Below are positions 50,071-63,359 of a DNA stretch of 64,000 bases, in pieces. The stretch lies in contig NC_043016.1 of NCBI RefSeq assembly GCF_006345805.1, positions 17,112,001-17,176,000 on the forward strand, read 5' to 3'. The DNA is from Octopus sinensis (lineage: Eukaryota). A program made the position numbers and the translations under genes. Below the pieces are notes generated by a model. That model was not told the DNA's origin and did not search any database. It was given only the letters and a program-made list of their open reading frames with translations. Position 1 is the stretch's first letter. Every line of letters begins with the position of its first letter.

Positions 50071-51810
50071 TATATCGCTACAATTGCTACAACAATAGTA
50101 ATACGTTTCCCTATTTATCATCTTGGGTAATATCAGGAAATGTGGCACATAGAGAATAATCATGATTTAACTTTTATCAAATTGCTCATGGCGGCAAAAG
50201 TACGCTTCCAAAGTTATCCAAAGTAACACTCTGGTCGTTTTATATCATGTAATCAGTAAATAATTTTCACCTTAGATCCTCTCAAAGTGATACTAAGACC
50301 TGGTAGTAACAACGCTTCGCTGGGGAGGTTTAATATGACTGAAACATGTGCAAAGTTGTCACGGTAACTAGCAAAGATCAAATGTGTTCCTCAATGCATG
50401 TATTCAATTGATTTTTAATCAATCTAAATTTCGATTACTCTTCCACCTTTCGACAAGAATTGTCATTAATGCCAATGAATTTACTCCTTATTTCTGACAT
50501 AATTTCAAGCACTCTTTTTTAGCAAATTACTTTGACTACGTTAGCTTCCGTCGAATCTGTTAACGAAGATTTATGTTCTTAGATGCAAGTAGTCATTTAA
50601 TAGCTCTTGTACGCGAATGGTAACCGCTTACGTTTATTTGTGAAAGATATTACGTAACTAAGTTGAATGAGTCATTACGAACAAAATATGAATAAGTGAT
50701 AGAAAATCGGCTTTATGTTACTTAATATAAAAATGTATGATACATGTAAACCACTTAGGATGTTTCACCAGGGACTTGTTTACCACACCCTAAACATATC
50801 AGCTAGGAGTTTATCTCTTCTTTTCTAGCATCAAACATTGGCAATGGGTAAAAATTGTACGAATCCAGAGGCATTTATCCGAAAATCCCGTTACTCTGTG
50901 AACCAGCTAGAGGTGAGCAGGGCTATGTAGTCACTCTGCTAAAAATAGCCATCAAATTTCCTTGAAGTCGTGCCCTACCGTCTTAGTAAAAGACATATTT
51001 GATAATGTAGACCTAGGAACAGCTGTGACTGGATCATTGGTCTTTTCGGTCAGAATTAACTTGGGGCTATACAACAAGCTTCAAGGAAAATCAACCTTTT
51101 CCCAATAAATAAATGTATATTCCTTCAAAACCAGTTGTTTTTCCCACTGACTGTTGGCAACACCTATCTGCGTACATTCTGTTAAAATAAATCGGATCTG
51201 CGCAGACGCCGACAAATGGCAGCCATTTTTGTGATTGGGCAACATTTTCAACGTCACAAATTATTAGGCGAGTATAAGAGAAATGATAACTGTGTCAGAA
51301 CAAACATTTATTTAATTCAGAACAAACATGTATTTAATTTTTTTTTTTAATTCGTAAAGGACATGATGGTAAACATAATAATACGTTGGAATGAAAATAA
51401 TCAAGGGATTATGATGTCATACAGCTCCTAAAGATCTTCCATATGCAGTAACCCTGCTTATGTGCTGATCCGTTGAATTTGTTAAGGTGATGATATCCTT
51501 TTGTGTCATGCTTTGAGCAGCATCTACAATAGTATCCCAGAGGGCAACTTTACTTGAAAACTGCCGTCCGCCTCGGTAAACGTGCCTCTTCGGGACACTC
51601 CATAGGTTCTCAATCAGGTTTAAATCAGGGGAAAAGGGTGGCCACTCCATCAAACGACTTCCAGAGAAGCCTATTTGCAACAGATATTCCTTACAATTCT
51701 TCGCTGCATGAGACGGGGCATTATCTTGCATGAAGACCAGCTTTCTCTTGAAAGAAAGTTTTTCCGTTTTGAACCACGTTTGGAAATAGCCCTTTAAGAA
51801 AGTAACATAT

Positions 51811-52195
51811 ACAGATAAAGAAATAACTTTATTCTCAAATGCAGGATAATGCTAACAATATAGCATGAACAGGTTAAACTAGTCATATTTTGCAGAAAAA
51901 TCTGTCGGCGGCCAGCCATGAGACTCGAACTCACATCCCTGTGGTTACACGTCCAGTGCTTTACCATTAAGCTAAACTGCCCCGACGACAAATTTTTCAG
52001 CAAATATATAAATCTAGCTTTATAAGACGTTATCGTACGCTAAATTCAACTTACGTTGAAAGTCAACAAAGTTACTATTTTATTAACATTATTCTGCGTT
52101 TGAGAATAAAATTATTTCCTTATCCGTATCTTTCAATACATCTCAACGTTTCTAAAGCAAACGCTGTTTGTTGACTTTCAACGTAAGTTGAATTT
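51811..52195. mobile_element. Hairpin (MITE-like) insertion carrying a tRNA-like core, 12-bp duplication
   Basis: AAAGTA(A/G)CATAT at 51799-51810 and 52196-52207; arms about 51811-51870 and 52075-52129; the transposase frame resumes on both sides. Confidence 0.8.
51909..51982 (-). pseudogene. tRNA-like sequence (closest to tRNA-Thr UGU), probably a pseudo-tRNA
   Basis: D-stem GCTT/AAGC, T-arm GTGAG-TTCGAGT-CTCAT, A and B boxes, T5 about 10 nt downstream; acceptor and anticodon stems imperfect. Confidence 0.6.
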
Positions 52196-53834
52196 AAAGT
52201 AGCATATGTTTCCGATGTCATCTCAGTGCCATCTGCGACTTTCCATGGCCCGACCATCATCCCTTCAACGATGCCAGCCCAAAACATGACCTTACTTCCA
52301 CCCTGTTGGCGTCTCAAACGATGAAGACTGTTCCTGCTGATTGATACCCAAGCTTTACTCCAGCCATCTGGTCCGTCAAGGGTAGTACGGCATTCGTTAA
52401 TGAACAGAACTGTTGAAAAAATTTTTTTCATGTATTCTTCTGTCCATTTCAGTCTCTTCTGCTTATGAACAGCCTTCAGAGGGGTCTTTCTAACAGGTTT
52501 AACATTCCTGGCTACCTGCCTCAAGAGGGGACACCTGGCAATCTTCGATACGTCTACCCTGCGACAACGTTTGAAGACTTCTCTACTTGTCAAACATGGG
52601 ATCCGCACAACTTCCTTTTTCACGCATGAAGTACGATTCGAAACCCTCGACCAGACAGAAATAGGAGAGCGCACAAATTTCTTCGCTGTTTGGTGATCTC
52701 TTCCCAATATTCTTTATACGGTTGTTTTTTTTTCCTTTTCCAAGCTCTGACATGATGGTAGACTTCTCATTCGAAGTAAGATTACTTTTCTGACCCATAG
52801 TGACACTTAGATTTGGCACCTGCCTAATAATTTGGGACAGCAGAAATGTTGCTGCTACGCGATAATGGCCGCTGTTTGTTTTCGTCTGCGCAGATCCGAG
52901 TTATTTCAACAGATGGTCTGCAGTTAGATGTTGCCAACAGTCAGTGAGAAACAACTGGTTTTGAATGAATGTACATTTATTTATTGAGAGAAAGTTGATT
53001 TGCCTAATAATGTGGGACGCAATGTAGTGAAGAAAGGGTTTCAGAGATATCATTAGCGAGGGTCTAATCAATTTATATTAATCAAAAGCTCTCGATCAGG
53101 TGAACTAAAGGTATTTAATGCCCTGCTTATTGATTATCTTTAATCTTGCCATTACTCGTTGACTAGGACGAACGACCATCTGCTGGTTAAACACTAGTTT
53201 CGTTTGAGAGTAAAGTATATTCTCTATTTTCTAAGAAAATTGAAAATACCTTGTGGGACATCCCATATAAGCTGGTACACATGTATACAGTGTTCTCTTA
53301 TAAGGCCAACACCGGAAACGGAAGCAAAGATTAATCAAGATAAATCAGTAGACATGCGGTATTTCTTTCGAGGGACCACTCCAAATGCTTCAGCGTCGTT
53401 TATGCTACTTTATTTGGTTAATCTGTTGTAATCTTATGGTTTAAATAATATTCGAAAGCCATTCCAACAAAAGATACCATCGCATTTTATTTGATAAAGA
53501 CAAACCAACAAAACGTTACTGTTTTCAAAGAAATTGAAACCAAGATCTCGATACACCATGCGTCTTGTTTTGCCGTAAGAGAATTATGTATGTGTGTGCA
53601 TGTGCGAGTGCGTGTGCGTGCGTGCTCGTGTTTACGCGTGTGTGCAGATGTATGTGAAATAGGTCTTTCGCACACACGAACACACTGACTTAAATAGTTT
53701 TTCATTCTCTCTTTGTAGAACAAAGTGTGGAGCAGTCAGGTCATGAAACTCGTTCACTCATGGCAGATGATAGCACGTAGATCACATTTGGTTTCCAACA
53801 ATAATGGTAAACATCACATTATAGTGACTTATAG

Positions 53835-53848
53835 ACAGACAGATAGAC

Positions 53849-53924
<76 letters not shown>

Positions 53925-54071
53925 GGATGAATACATGTACATCGGTAGTGGATCATCGTCATGTGTGTGTGTGTGTGTGTGTATCTGTGTGTGTGTTTAT
54001 AATGGATACAATAGAAAAAGTTGAAATCATGAAAACCACGGTTACGCATATATATATAATATATATATAAT

Positions 54072-54103
<32 letters not shown>

Positions 54104-54112
54104 CATACATAC

Positions 54113-54161
<49 letters not shown>

Positions 54162-54171
54162 ATATATATAT

Positions 54172-54210
<39 letters not shown>
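53835..54210. repeat. (GATA)n, (GT)n and (TA)n microsatellites
   Basis: Direct reading. Confidence 0.9.
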
Positions 54211-54211
<1 letters not shown>

Positions 54212-54485
54212 CGGGTTTTAATTACGATAAAAATAAATTGTCCAGCTGAAACATATATTAATAATATATAAAATAGAAATATGAAAATATATGAATACTA
54301 GAAATATTCATGGACATATAAAATATATGGATAATTAAATTTAATAATAATGGAATATAGATAAAAACGTTTGTTTTTTATTTAAATCAAAATATGGTAT
54401 AGAGGAAATATATATATATTTGTGTATGTATATATATATATATATATATAAATGTATGTATGTATATATATATATGTATGTATAT

Positions 54486-54647
54486 AGGCGCAGCAGTAGC
54501 TGTGTAGTAAGTAGCTTGCTTACCAACCACATGTTTCCGGGTTCAGTCCCACTACGTGGCAACTTGGGCAAGTGCCTTCAACTGTAGCCTCGGGCTGACC
54601 AAAGCCTTGTGAGTGGATTTGGTGGACGAAACTGAAAGAAGCCCGTC

Positions 54648-54696
<49 letters not shown>

Positions 54697-54785
54697 GTGT
54701 GTGTGTGTGGTGTGTTTGTTTTTGTGTCTGTGTTTGTCCCCCCAACATCGCTTGACAACCGATGCTGGTATTTTTACGTCCTTCA
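54486..54785 (+). mobile_element. SINE type A, 3'-truncated
   Basis: Head after (TA)n; ends at TTTACGTCC. Confidence 0.85.
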
Positions 54786-55249
54786 TTTTGTACAGCACAA
54801 TCTAAATGCATTATCTAACCTTTAAGTGATTAGATTATTTAAGTTATTTGCATTTTCCCGCTTTTGTAATCTTTCAAAATTTGCTGACCACAAAAACTTC
54901 CTAATTAAAAAACATATTTCTCTCCTCTAATCAAAGCGGTCTTTTGCTTTACTGGTAAGGTTTACTAAGACAAGAACACACCTGTAGCCTATCACTTTAC
55001 CTGATAACTAAAATCAAGCTTTCCCTTACTCTTACAATTTTCTGTGAAAATAAATTATAATTTCTGAAAATAAACTCTTTTTATTTTAGAGAATCAGCAA
55101 GTTTTTATTCTTTTTCTCAATCTTAGCGATAAATTTCAACTTATAAAGAATTTTTTTGCGTGCACCTTCAGTACATTACTTCCTACCTGAATTAATATAT
55201 ATAATATACATACATATATATATATATATATTATATATATTATATATAT

Positions 55250-55283
<34 letters not shown>

Positions 55284-56899
55284 AGTCTCGAATGTACTTT
55301 GTTTTCGGTTCGTGTGTTTTATTTTGCTTTTCTTTTGTTATCCTATCCTTAAGATCAAAGTAAATTACAAATAATCAAAGAATCGTTGCAAAACCATGTT
55401 GTCGACATATTTCTGTGATTGTGTTGCATAAATTGTTTGTGAAAAAAGGCAAGAAAATTGCCTTTTTAAAAACACCCCTAGAACGCTCGCATTAAAACAT
55501 TGTACAAAATAATTTAGGGAAACTAAGTTGCTGCGAAGACACTTTTCAGCAGCTGCTATCTACATCCCCTCTCGACACGAAACATAATGAAACCTATTTT
55601 CTTTTAAGCAATTTGATACCCTGGGAATCTATACTCTATACCAAGGAGGGACTATTTTTGTTTTTGTTTTTTATTTTAAATTTATTTATTTTTCTAAGAC
55701 AACTTCGTGACATCTTTTTCTCTATGTTTTACATGAAATTATTCAAAATTTGGTAAAAAGAAAAAAAGGCTTACACATTTGCCATGCACCAATGTACGGT
55801 TTTGTATATAAGGCCAAAAGTGTATTTTTATGTAAACAATTAAGTTAGAATACGAGTGGTAATGAATCTGAGTGTGCACGTGTATTGTATGTGATGTTTT
55901 GATTTTTAGTGATTTGAATATGTTTATAATTACGAATTGATTTTCATTGAGTAACATAGATTCCTACCACCTTATTGACATCATCGTTTTTGCATATAAA
56001 ATTCCAAATGTCTTAAGACGCAGTCCAGTTGTTACACATTGCCATTCATAAAAACAGCAATTGTATAGTACTAACATTTAGCATTACATAAATCTTATAA
56101 TCATTTCGGCCCACCTCACAGAGATACTTTCGTAAAATTCAACCCAACTTCGTCTAAAATTTAAAGCAGCTTTTTCTCACCAAACACGTCTCTTTCGAAA
56201 GTATATTTCTTGTTTATTCTTAAAAATCTACTGAAGCTGGAAATTATAAACAAGCAACACCACTTAAAACTTTATATGCTACACTGCCTAAGACTAATAG
56301 TCACTACAATCTGATGTAACGTATTCCTCCATAAACCTTGTGGAATAAATATTTTTTATGAACAAGCAGCTGAGAGGAAAGATTGTAATAGTGATTATGG
56401 TTAGCAAAATAGTTATCTGAAATTTTACATTCAGCGTTGTTGTTTTTTTTTAACTTTTCACTTTAAATCAGAAAAATATTTCCTACGAATTGCATGAAAT
56501 ATTATTTTAACATATTTTGGACAGAAAGTGATTATAATAGAGAAAACGTATTGAACTTCATTATTACAAAGAATGTGTCCTTTGTTTCCGTTTTTAGACA
56601 ATCATATCATTTCAAGTTATCTTTTTCGACTGATATGTATTATTTAGTCCAAAGTCAGTGCTGACCGAAAAAGCCTATGTGATCAAAGCGTTCCAGATAT
56701 GATTATTACGTCTTCTAGAGATATCTGAGACTATCTCATATAATTTTTAAAGGTAATCAGGTTTGATTTGAGGAAATTTGGATAATATTTCTCGCAAGAC
56801 TCCCTCGTTTGATTATTGTTTAATCCTGTTTGAACCTTGAACAAACAGTCTTATGATCAAACACATTGCAGTGGTGATCACCTTTTCTTTTTAGGGGTT

Positions 56900-57320
56900 A
56901 TTTAGACATAGCTGTTTAGTAAGAGGTTTGCTTTCCAGCCATGTGGTTCTGCGTTCGGTCCCACAGCGTGGTGCCTTAGGCAAGTGTTTTCTATTATAGC
57001 CTTGGTCCGATCAAAGTGTTGTGAGTAGAATTGGTAAACGGAAACTGAAAGAAACCCAACGTGTGTGTGTGTATGTATGTGCGTGCATGTGTGTGTATGT
57101 GTCTTTGTGTCTGTTTGTCCCCCATCACCTCTAGGCAACCATTGCTGATGTGTTTACGTTCCCCGTAACATAGCGGTTCGGCAAAAGAGACCGATAGAAT
57201 AAGTACCAGTCTTTAAGAAAAAATCAAGTTCTGGGATCAATTCGTTCGGTTAAAATTCTTCAAGTCGGTGCCCCAGCATGGCCGCTGTCCAAAGACTGAA
57301 ACAAGTAAAAGATAAAAGAC
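56900..57320 (+). mobile_element. SINE type A, older diverged full-length copy
   Basis: CCTTAGGCAAGTG core, GAGACCGATAGAATAAGTACC, GACTGAAACAAGTAAAAGATAAAAG tail. Confidence 0.8.
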
Positions 57321-57618
57321 AATGTGTCCAATTACCACGTGATCAATTCTAGCTGAGTAGGCAAATTTATTATAAAATACTTCCAGACATGACCACCCCA
57401 TCTTTATGTAGATCAAGAACTATCTCTTCAGTGTGTCCTTCCTTTTTCAAGATAGTGGAGTGTGACTTGAGCATGATTTGACTGCTGGTTGTAGTTTGTC
57501 CAGCGACTACGTTCAGACTCCCATGTCTTGATCGTAAGTTACAAATATAGCCCCTGTAGCTAATAACGGGATTCCCTTTGAAAATGTTTCATTTATCAAT
57601 ATCTGACCCCTTTTAAAA

Positions 57619-57832
57619 CGGCGAGCCGGCAGAATCATAAGCACGCTAGGCAAAATGCTTAGCGGTATTTCGCCCGTCTTTACGTTCTGAGTTCAATTTC
57701 CGCCGAGGTTAACTTTGCCTTTAATCCTTTCAGGATCGATAAAATAAGTACCATTTGAGTACTAAGGCTTATGTAATCCACTTATCCCTCTCCCGATATT
57801 TCTGGACTTGTGCGAAAATTTGAAACCAATAT
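57619..57832 (+). mobile_element. SINE type B with TTTGAAACCAATA tail
   Basis: Type B head and core. Confidence 0.8.
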
Positions 57833-58769
57833 TTACCCTACTTGAAAATCGATATGCATGTCATTAAAATTTCTCTTACAATTCTGCCGGTTTTATTTAA
57901 AATAAATTTCGAAATAGTGAAATAAAATGCTATAATATAATATTTTTCAAGAAATCACAAAACTGAATTTTATATCAAAATTAAGGAGCTTAAAATAAAA
58001 GTAATTCTGAATAGAAACGTTTATTAAGAAATACATGTTTTCTTGAGCAAGATTTTGAAAACTTTCTCTTCAACAGACTTCTTTTGAATATAAAACTACA
58101 AACCTCATAAATTCCTAAGAAGCTAATCCACTTTTAATTCTTTTTTCTTTTTTTTTTTTGCAGTCGTTTTTCCCCGGAGAAAGATTTTAAATGTAATTTC
58201 GCTAGTCTTTCAATTTAAACATCAAAGTTGAATAAAATATCTTAGACTTTTAATGTATGTTGCAGTCACGATGAAAGAAATATTGAAACAGTTTCTCATC
58301 TTTCTCAAACTGTGTTCAAAATATTTTTAATCGTATTAACTACATTTTACCTATAAACATAGATTTCGTAATTGATTATCATGCAGCTAAAAGTTTATTA
58401 TAAGACTGTAACAACATTTTCTTTTTCTTTTTAACTATGCCCTAAATTTGGGAAACTACGAAGTTGTTATTCTTAAGAATGTTTTACCAACTTTTGGAAA
58501 TGCAATATCTAAGACAGAAACTTCTTCCCCCACCCACCTTTCTTTTTAATTTAAAGTTGTTTATTGCAAATAATTTTTTGTTTTATGCTTCATCTACATA
58601 ATGTTTGGTTAAAATATATATAGTAAAATAAAACATTAACTAAGAAAAAACTGAGCTGTTGTACAAAGCAGACCGCCGAGGTTGGACTCTCTACCCTGTG
58701 ATCTCTGTTTCTATGCACCATATTTGTTCGCTCCAATCTTGGCAGCTGTCTTCTACAGCTGACAACAGA

Positions 58770-59520
58770 CTGGAAGCATTTTTAGTTGAGTTAGTTGGGG
58801 AATGGTAACGCTAATGAGGAAAGACCCGAATAAGGTGAATGTGATAAAAGATTTCAAAAGCTATAATTCAGCTCAATACAGAATTAAATATTTGGGAAAA
58901 GCTGCTTCTTAAGAGGCTGGCATTTGTCGAAAGTGTAGTCGAAGACATAGAAACTTATGTCATTCCCGATTGGTCGATCCACGACAATCTCTGCATCATG
59001 AGATACATCGTAGACTGGATTGGGAATAAATATGGCTTTGGTGCTGGTCAGTTTGGATCAATGTAAGTTTTTAGTAGGATTGACCATTGCTACCTAGATG
59101 CTTTTCTAAGAGCAAGTCAGTTTAAGGTGGATCGCTACATCTGTTCGGTGGTAAAACTAAACGGCCACCGCACAGAACAATTCAGTTTCAAACTTGGTAC
59201 GATAAGGATGTCCCTCCTCTTCTCTCTTTCTTATTTGTTTTGGATTGGAACCACTGCTGTAGAGCACGGAGTCTTTGAAGAGCATTCCACTCGAATGACA
59301 TCGCTGTTATGGTTCCTGTCGATCTCTTCTGTTCAGAGACAGAAGTGATCGACATCATACTAGAAGTAAACCAGGAAGCACTCAACCGGAACAATTCGGT
59401 GGGTTTGCAGTTTGGCTCGTGAAGAAGTAAGTTCATGCCGACCAACAGTGATTTTTGTTGCTTGAACGAAAGCCTGGTTATGGTGCTCGGAGCCTGATTC
59501 GGACCGGATCGCTAAGTGAA
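58770..59520 (+). mobile_element. Decayed Tx1/L1-clade RT fragment
   Basis: Frameshifted motifs: LMRKDPNK, SIHDNLCIMRYIVD, RIDHCYL, GCPS..LEPLL, NDIAVMV, NSVGLQFGS*R. Confidence 0.65.
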
Positions 59521-59619
59521 TAAGAACTGGGAAGAGGTTGCTTCCAAAAATGTACCGAGAGAATTTCGCCCGGCGTGCTAACGTTTCTGCTAATTTGCCG
59601 CCTTGCTGATTAATAAAGA

Positions 59620-59900
59620 CATCGCGATTGATGTACTAGCGATAAGACTAGCCCTTACTATTTTCAACGTGGACATGATGGCTGCGTTGTCAGAGCTGGG
59701 TTCATGCGCTATAACATGAGAGCACAAAATTTGTCCGATGGCCCAAGTGGCGGAGGCGTGACGCGGTTACAAAACCACAGTCAAGTTTATGACGGATCAG
59801 AACGGCGCGTGCTATTCTGTTCCGAATGGATGTGTGCAGCTTTCCAGCAACACTTCGCTCGGCTGATCGGGACAGGTGACGGATCAGACTTTAGTACCTA
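59620..59900 (+). mobile_element. Possible second decayed Tx1-like ORF2 fragment
   Basis: RVLFCSEWMCAAFQQHFARLIG resembles the post-endonuclease linker of L1/Tx1 ORF2. Confidence 0.4.
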
Positions 59901-60029
59901 ATTTTACAGTCTACCTCAGCTCTCGTCAGAAGATGCGAGGTTCTGAGAAAAACCAATAACTACAACTAAAATACAGAAGATGATGAATGGCTGCACAATG
60001 CGCAAATAGGCCACTAAGTTCGAAGGTTG

Positions 60030-60178
60030 GAGTCAGTTACACTGCTCAAGTAGTACTTATTTTATCGACCCTGCAAGAATGAAAAGCGAAGTCAACCTCG
60101 GGGCAATTTGAAGTCAACGTCGGACGAAATGCCGCTAAGCATTTTTCCTGGTGCGCTAACGATTCTGCTAGATCGCTA
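60030..60178 (-). mobile_element. SINE type B fragment
   Basis: Reverse complement of GCAGAATCGTTAGCGCACCAGG..GACTTCGCTTTTCATTC..GGGTCGATAAAATAAGTAC. Confidence 0.7.
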
Positions 60179-60648
60179 CGTTATGTACAAGTATAATAAT
60201 AGTTATAATTACTATATCTGTTTTGTTTTGATATTAAGATTGAAAAAAATCGACCTGGCTTTTCACCCCTCACGTAAATTTCGTTTCAGTACTTATGATA
60301 TTACTCAAACTCGAAACCACAATTGGAATTTAGTACAACAAGTTTGTTAACCATAGATCGTGTCTTAGTTATTTAAGCCCAATTTTATATAGTTCTCGTC
60401 ACCCATAGATGATACTCAATATTTCAATAAATTAATTCCTTTCCTCTGGAGGATCGTGTTTCTTTCAAATATTTTGCAAAAAGAACTTTTAATATTGAAA
60501 AGCTAACACAGTGTATAACTCTTTAATACATTAATTCTCGCGAATCTGGGTATCGCATGTTTCTTTCTAATCACATAAAAAAAAATGGTGTTGACTATGA
60601 GTGACAGAAAAATAATCAGTCACACAAATTATCGGTACATTTTTATGC

Positions 60649-60905
60649 ATAGGAACAGGCGTAACTGTGTGGCATAGGCGCGGGCGTGGCTGTGTGGCAT
60701 ACATGCAGGCGTGGCTGCGTGGCATAGGTACAGGCGTGGCTGTGTGGTATGGGCGCAGACGTTGTTCTGTGGTAAGAAGCTTGCTTCCCAACCACATGGT
60801 TCCGGGTTCAGTCTCACTGCGTGGCACCTTAAACACTCTAGCCTCGGGCTAACCAAAGCTTTGTGAGTAGATTTGGTAGACGGAAACTAAAAGAAGCTCG
60901 TAGTA
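60649..60905 (+). mobile_element. SINE type A 5' part with its first 25 bp repeated 5 times
   Basis: Units ATAGG(C/T)(G/A)CAGGCGTGGCTGTGTGGC at 60649, 60674, 60699, 60724 and 60749. Confidence 0.85.
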
Positions 60906-61290
60906 TGTATATGTGTGTGTGTGTGTATGTACATTTGTATTGCAATATTTTATTTTTTATTGAAAATTTTTTCACTGTTCTCGGTCTGTTAACGACTAAG
61001 CGTTCAGGCGAGTATACTGGCATTGATGTAGCAACATTTGAAATATTGTCCAGGTAAATCCAGCTAATGAAGACTAATCAAATTTACGATGACAAACGTA
61101 TATGAAGGGTCCGAAGCCTAGGTACTGGATTATCCGATTCCGGGTTGTCCAGGTAAGACAAAAAAATTTATATTTGGTGCCCTCACACGTCTTTGCCAGT
61201 ATATACACATTGAAGCTTTACTATTGCATCGTAATTGTATCGACTGCTATTTCCAGTAAACATTGGTGCTTTGTTGTACCACTACTCTAT

Positions 61291-61349
<59 letters not shown>

Positions 61350-61360
61350 TATATATTAAT

Positions 61361-61682
61361 GAAGGTGTATGGTTCAGTGGTGAGAGCATCGAGCTTACGA
61401 TCGTGAGGTTGTGAGTTCGAATCCTGGACCGGGCTGCATGTTGTGTTCTTGAGCAAGACACTTTATTTCACATTGTTCCAGTTCACTCAGCTGTAGAAAT
61501 GAGTTATAATGCCACAGGTGCCAAGCTGTACCGGCCCCTTTGCCACTGGTGGCGGGGAGAGGGGAGGCCGGTATGCATGGGCGACTGCTGGGCTTCCATA
61601 AACAACCTTGCTCGGACTTGTGCCGCGGAGGGTAACTTTCTAGGTGCAATCCCATGGTCAGTCATGACCGAAGGGGGTCTTA
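61361..61682 (+). mobile_element. SINE type C, full-length
   Basis: A-box TGGTTCAGTGG, B-box GAGTTCGAATCC, TTGAGCAAGACACTTT core, tail CATGACCGAAGGGGGTCT. Confidence 0.9.
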
Positions 61683-61687
61683 GCAAT

Positions 61688-62165
61688 ATATATTAATATA
61701 AGAAAACGGAGAAATATTATATTGTGGATACTTATTTCATTTGTATCACAATAAAAACATAGCAAATATTTTATACAAATGAAATTTAAAGGAACATAAA
61801 ATAAGCATAAGCAACTGTGCCTACACATGTTTCATTCTGGTCTCTAGGAAAACAGTGCTTCGGATCCGCAGGTTTCGAACCATGTTAAGAGTTATTGGTG
61901 TAAAAATAATGCAATGTGACCAGATATCTTCAGGGCTTGCCTCTTGCAAGAGGCTAATGATTGCATATTTTTTTCAAAGGAGTTCAAATTGGTGGTTTAC
62001 ATCACTTGGATACTTAACATATGAACATGTGGTCCTTATCTAACTTATTTAGTACGTGTTTACCACCAATTTGAACTCCTAATTATTTGCTATGTTTTTA
62101 TTGTGATACAAATGAAATAAGTATCCACAATACATTTTTTATCCATGTTTTTATATTAATATAAA
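61688..62165. mobile_element. MITE-like element: about 80-bp TIRs plus an internal 19-bp hairpin
   Basis: Arms 61688-61768 and 62084-62165; perfect AGGAGTTCAAATTGGTGGT/ACCACCAATTTGAACTCCT at 61978-62080. Confidence 0.8.
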
Positions 62166-62438
62166 TGTACATTAGACAGTTTATCCCTATATATTGAGAG
62201 AATTTTCCCAATATATAATCGATAACACCAATTGATCTCTGGAATTTATAATCCTTAAGGAGGATCTTACATCCTCAAATTGGCTATACGTATATCAATA
62301 TATATATGTAAATATAATAAAACGAATGGTTACTGGTAAAGCACGGTCACTTTCACGGAATCGATGCTAGATGTGTCGAAACAACTATCGCGATTAGTAA
62401 TAAAATTCTCTTATATACTATTTTCCGTCTTTCATTTA

Positions 62439-62498
<60 letters not shown>

Positions 62499-62499
62499 T

Positions 62500-62722
62500 A
62501 TATATATGCGTATGTTTTTGTGTCTGTGTTGTGTCCCCGCCATCACCACTTGACAACCGTTGCTGGTGGTGTCCCCGTAACTTAGCGGTTTGGCAAAAAG
62601 AGTCCGATAGAATAACTACTAGGCTTTAAAAGAAAATAAGTACCGGGATCGATGCATTCGACTAAAAATGCTTCAAGGCGGTGCCCCAGCATGGCCGCAG
62701 TTCAATGCCTGAAATATGTGGA
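62500..62722 (+). mobile_element. 3' half of a SINE-A variant after (TA)n
   Basis: CACCACTTGACAACCG..TTAGCGGTTTGGCAAAAAGAGTCCGATAG..CCCCAGCATGGCCGCAG. Confidence 0.8.
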
Positions 62723-63018
62723 AAGATAAAATATCTATGAAGATTCCAAGTAAAATGACTTGCTTTTACTGAAATACGAATTATCAAATTTTCGCCTATG
62801 CACCAATGTGTGTGTTGTATATGTGTGTGTGTGTGCGTACGTGCGACCGTACATGGGTGCGTGCGCGCAGAGCGTACATTTTTGAGCGTATGCACGTGCA
62901 TGTATTTGCGCGTGCGGTCATGCACGAGTGTACGTGCTTGTCGGTGTCCACAGTAAATGCGTCGGTGAGTATACAATGAGTATGTTTTCTTTGTTTTTAT
63001 TCTGTTGTTTTTTTGCTT

Positions 63019-63019
<1 letters not shown>

Positions 63020-63116
<97 letters not shown>

Positions 63117-63315
63117 CCGAAATTGCGAGGATGATCTGGTTCTTGACTGAAGATTAGAGGCTTTGATGACCCGTCCGTTTTTTGTATCGTCTATTTGAAT
63201 GTTTTGCGTTCTTGTCCCATTTTGTATTTTTTAATATATTTTTATACACATATATATATATATGTACATAATACACACTTATGTACATATATGCATATAC
63301 ATACACATAGAAATA

Positions 63316-63359
<44 letters not shown>

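Larger units (their letters stand above)
51070..53024 (-). mobile_element. Tc1-like DNA transposon, DD37E (TRT-type), about 210-bp IR/DR ends, inactivated
   Basis: TA|CATTGCGTCCCACATTATTAGGCA terminus at 53024. Inner DRs at about 52820 and 51260. Transposase motifs VLFINE, LDGPDGW, RRQQGG, QDNAPSH and SPDLNLIENLW, with 37 residues between the second D and E. Confidence 0.88.

Noticed and set aside
22531-61440. SINE heads as functional tRNA genes
   Set aside because: They have A and B boxes but no complete cloverleaf, and they continue into SINE bodies.
63113-63245. CTGAAGA/CCGAAA motifs suggesting another hammerhead
   Set aside because: The motifs are in the wrong order and no stems I-III can be formed.
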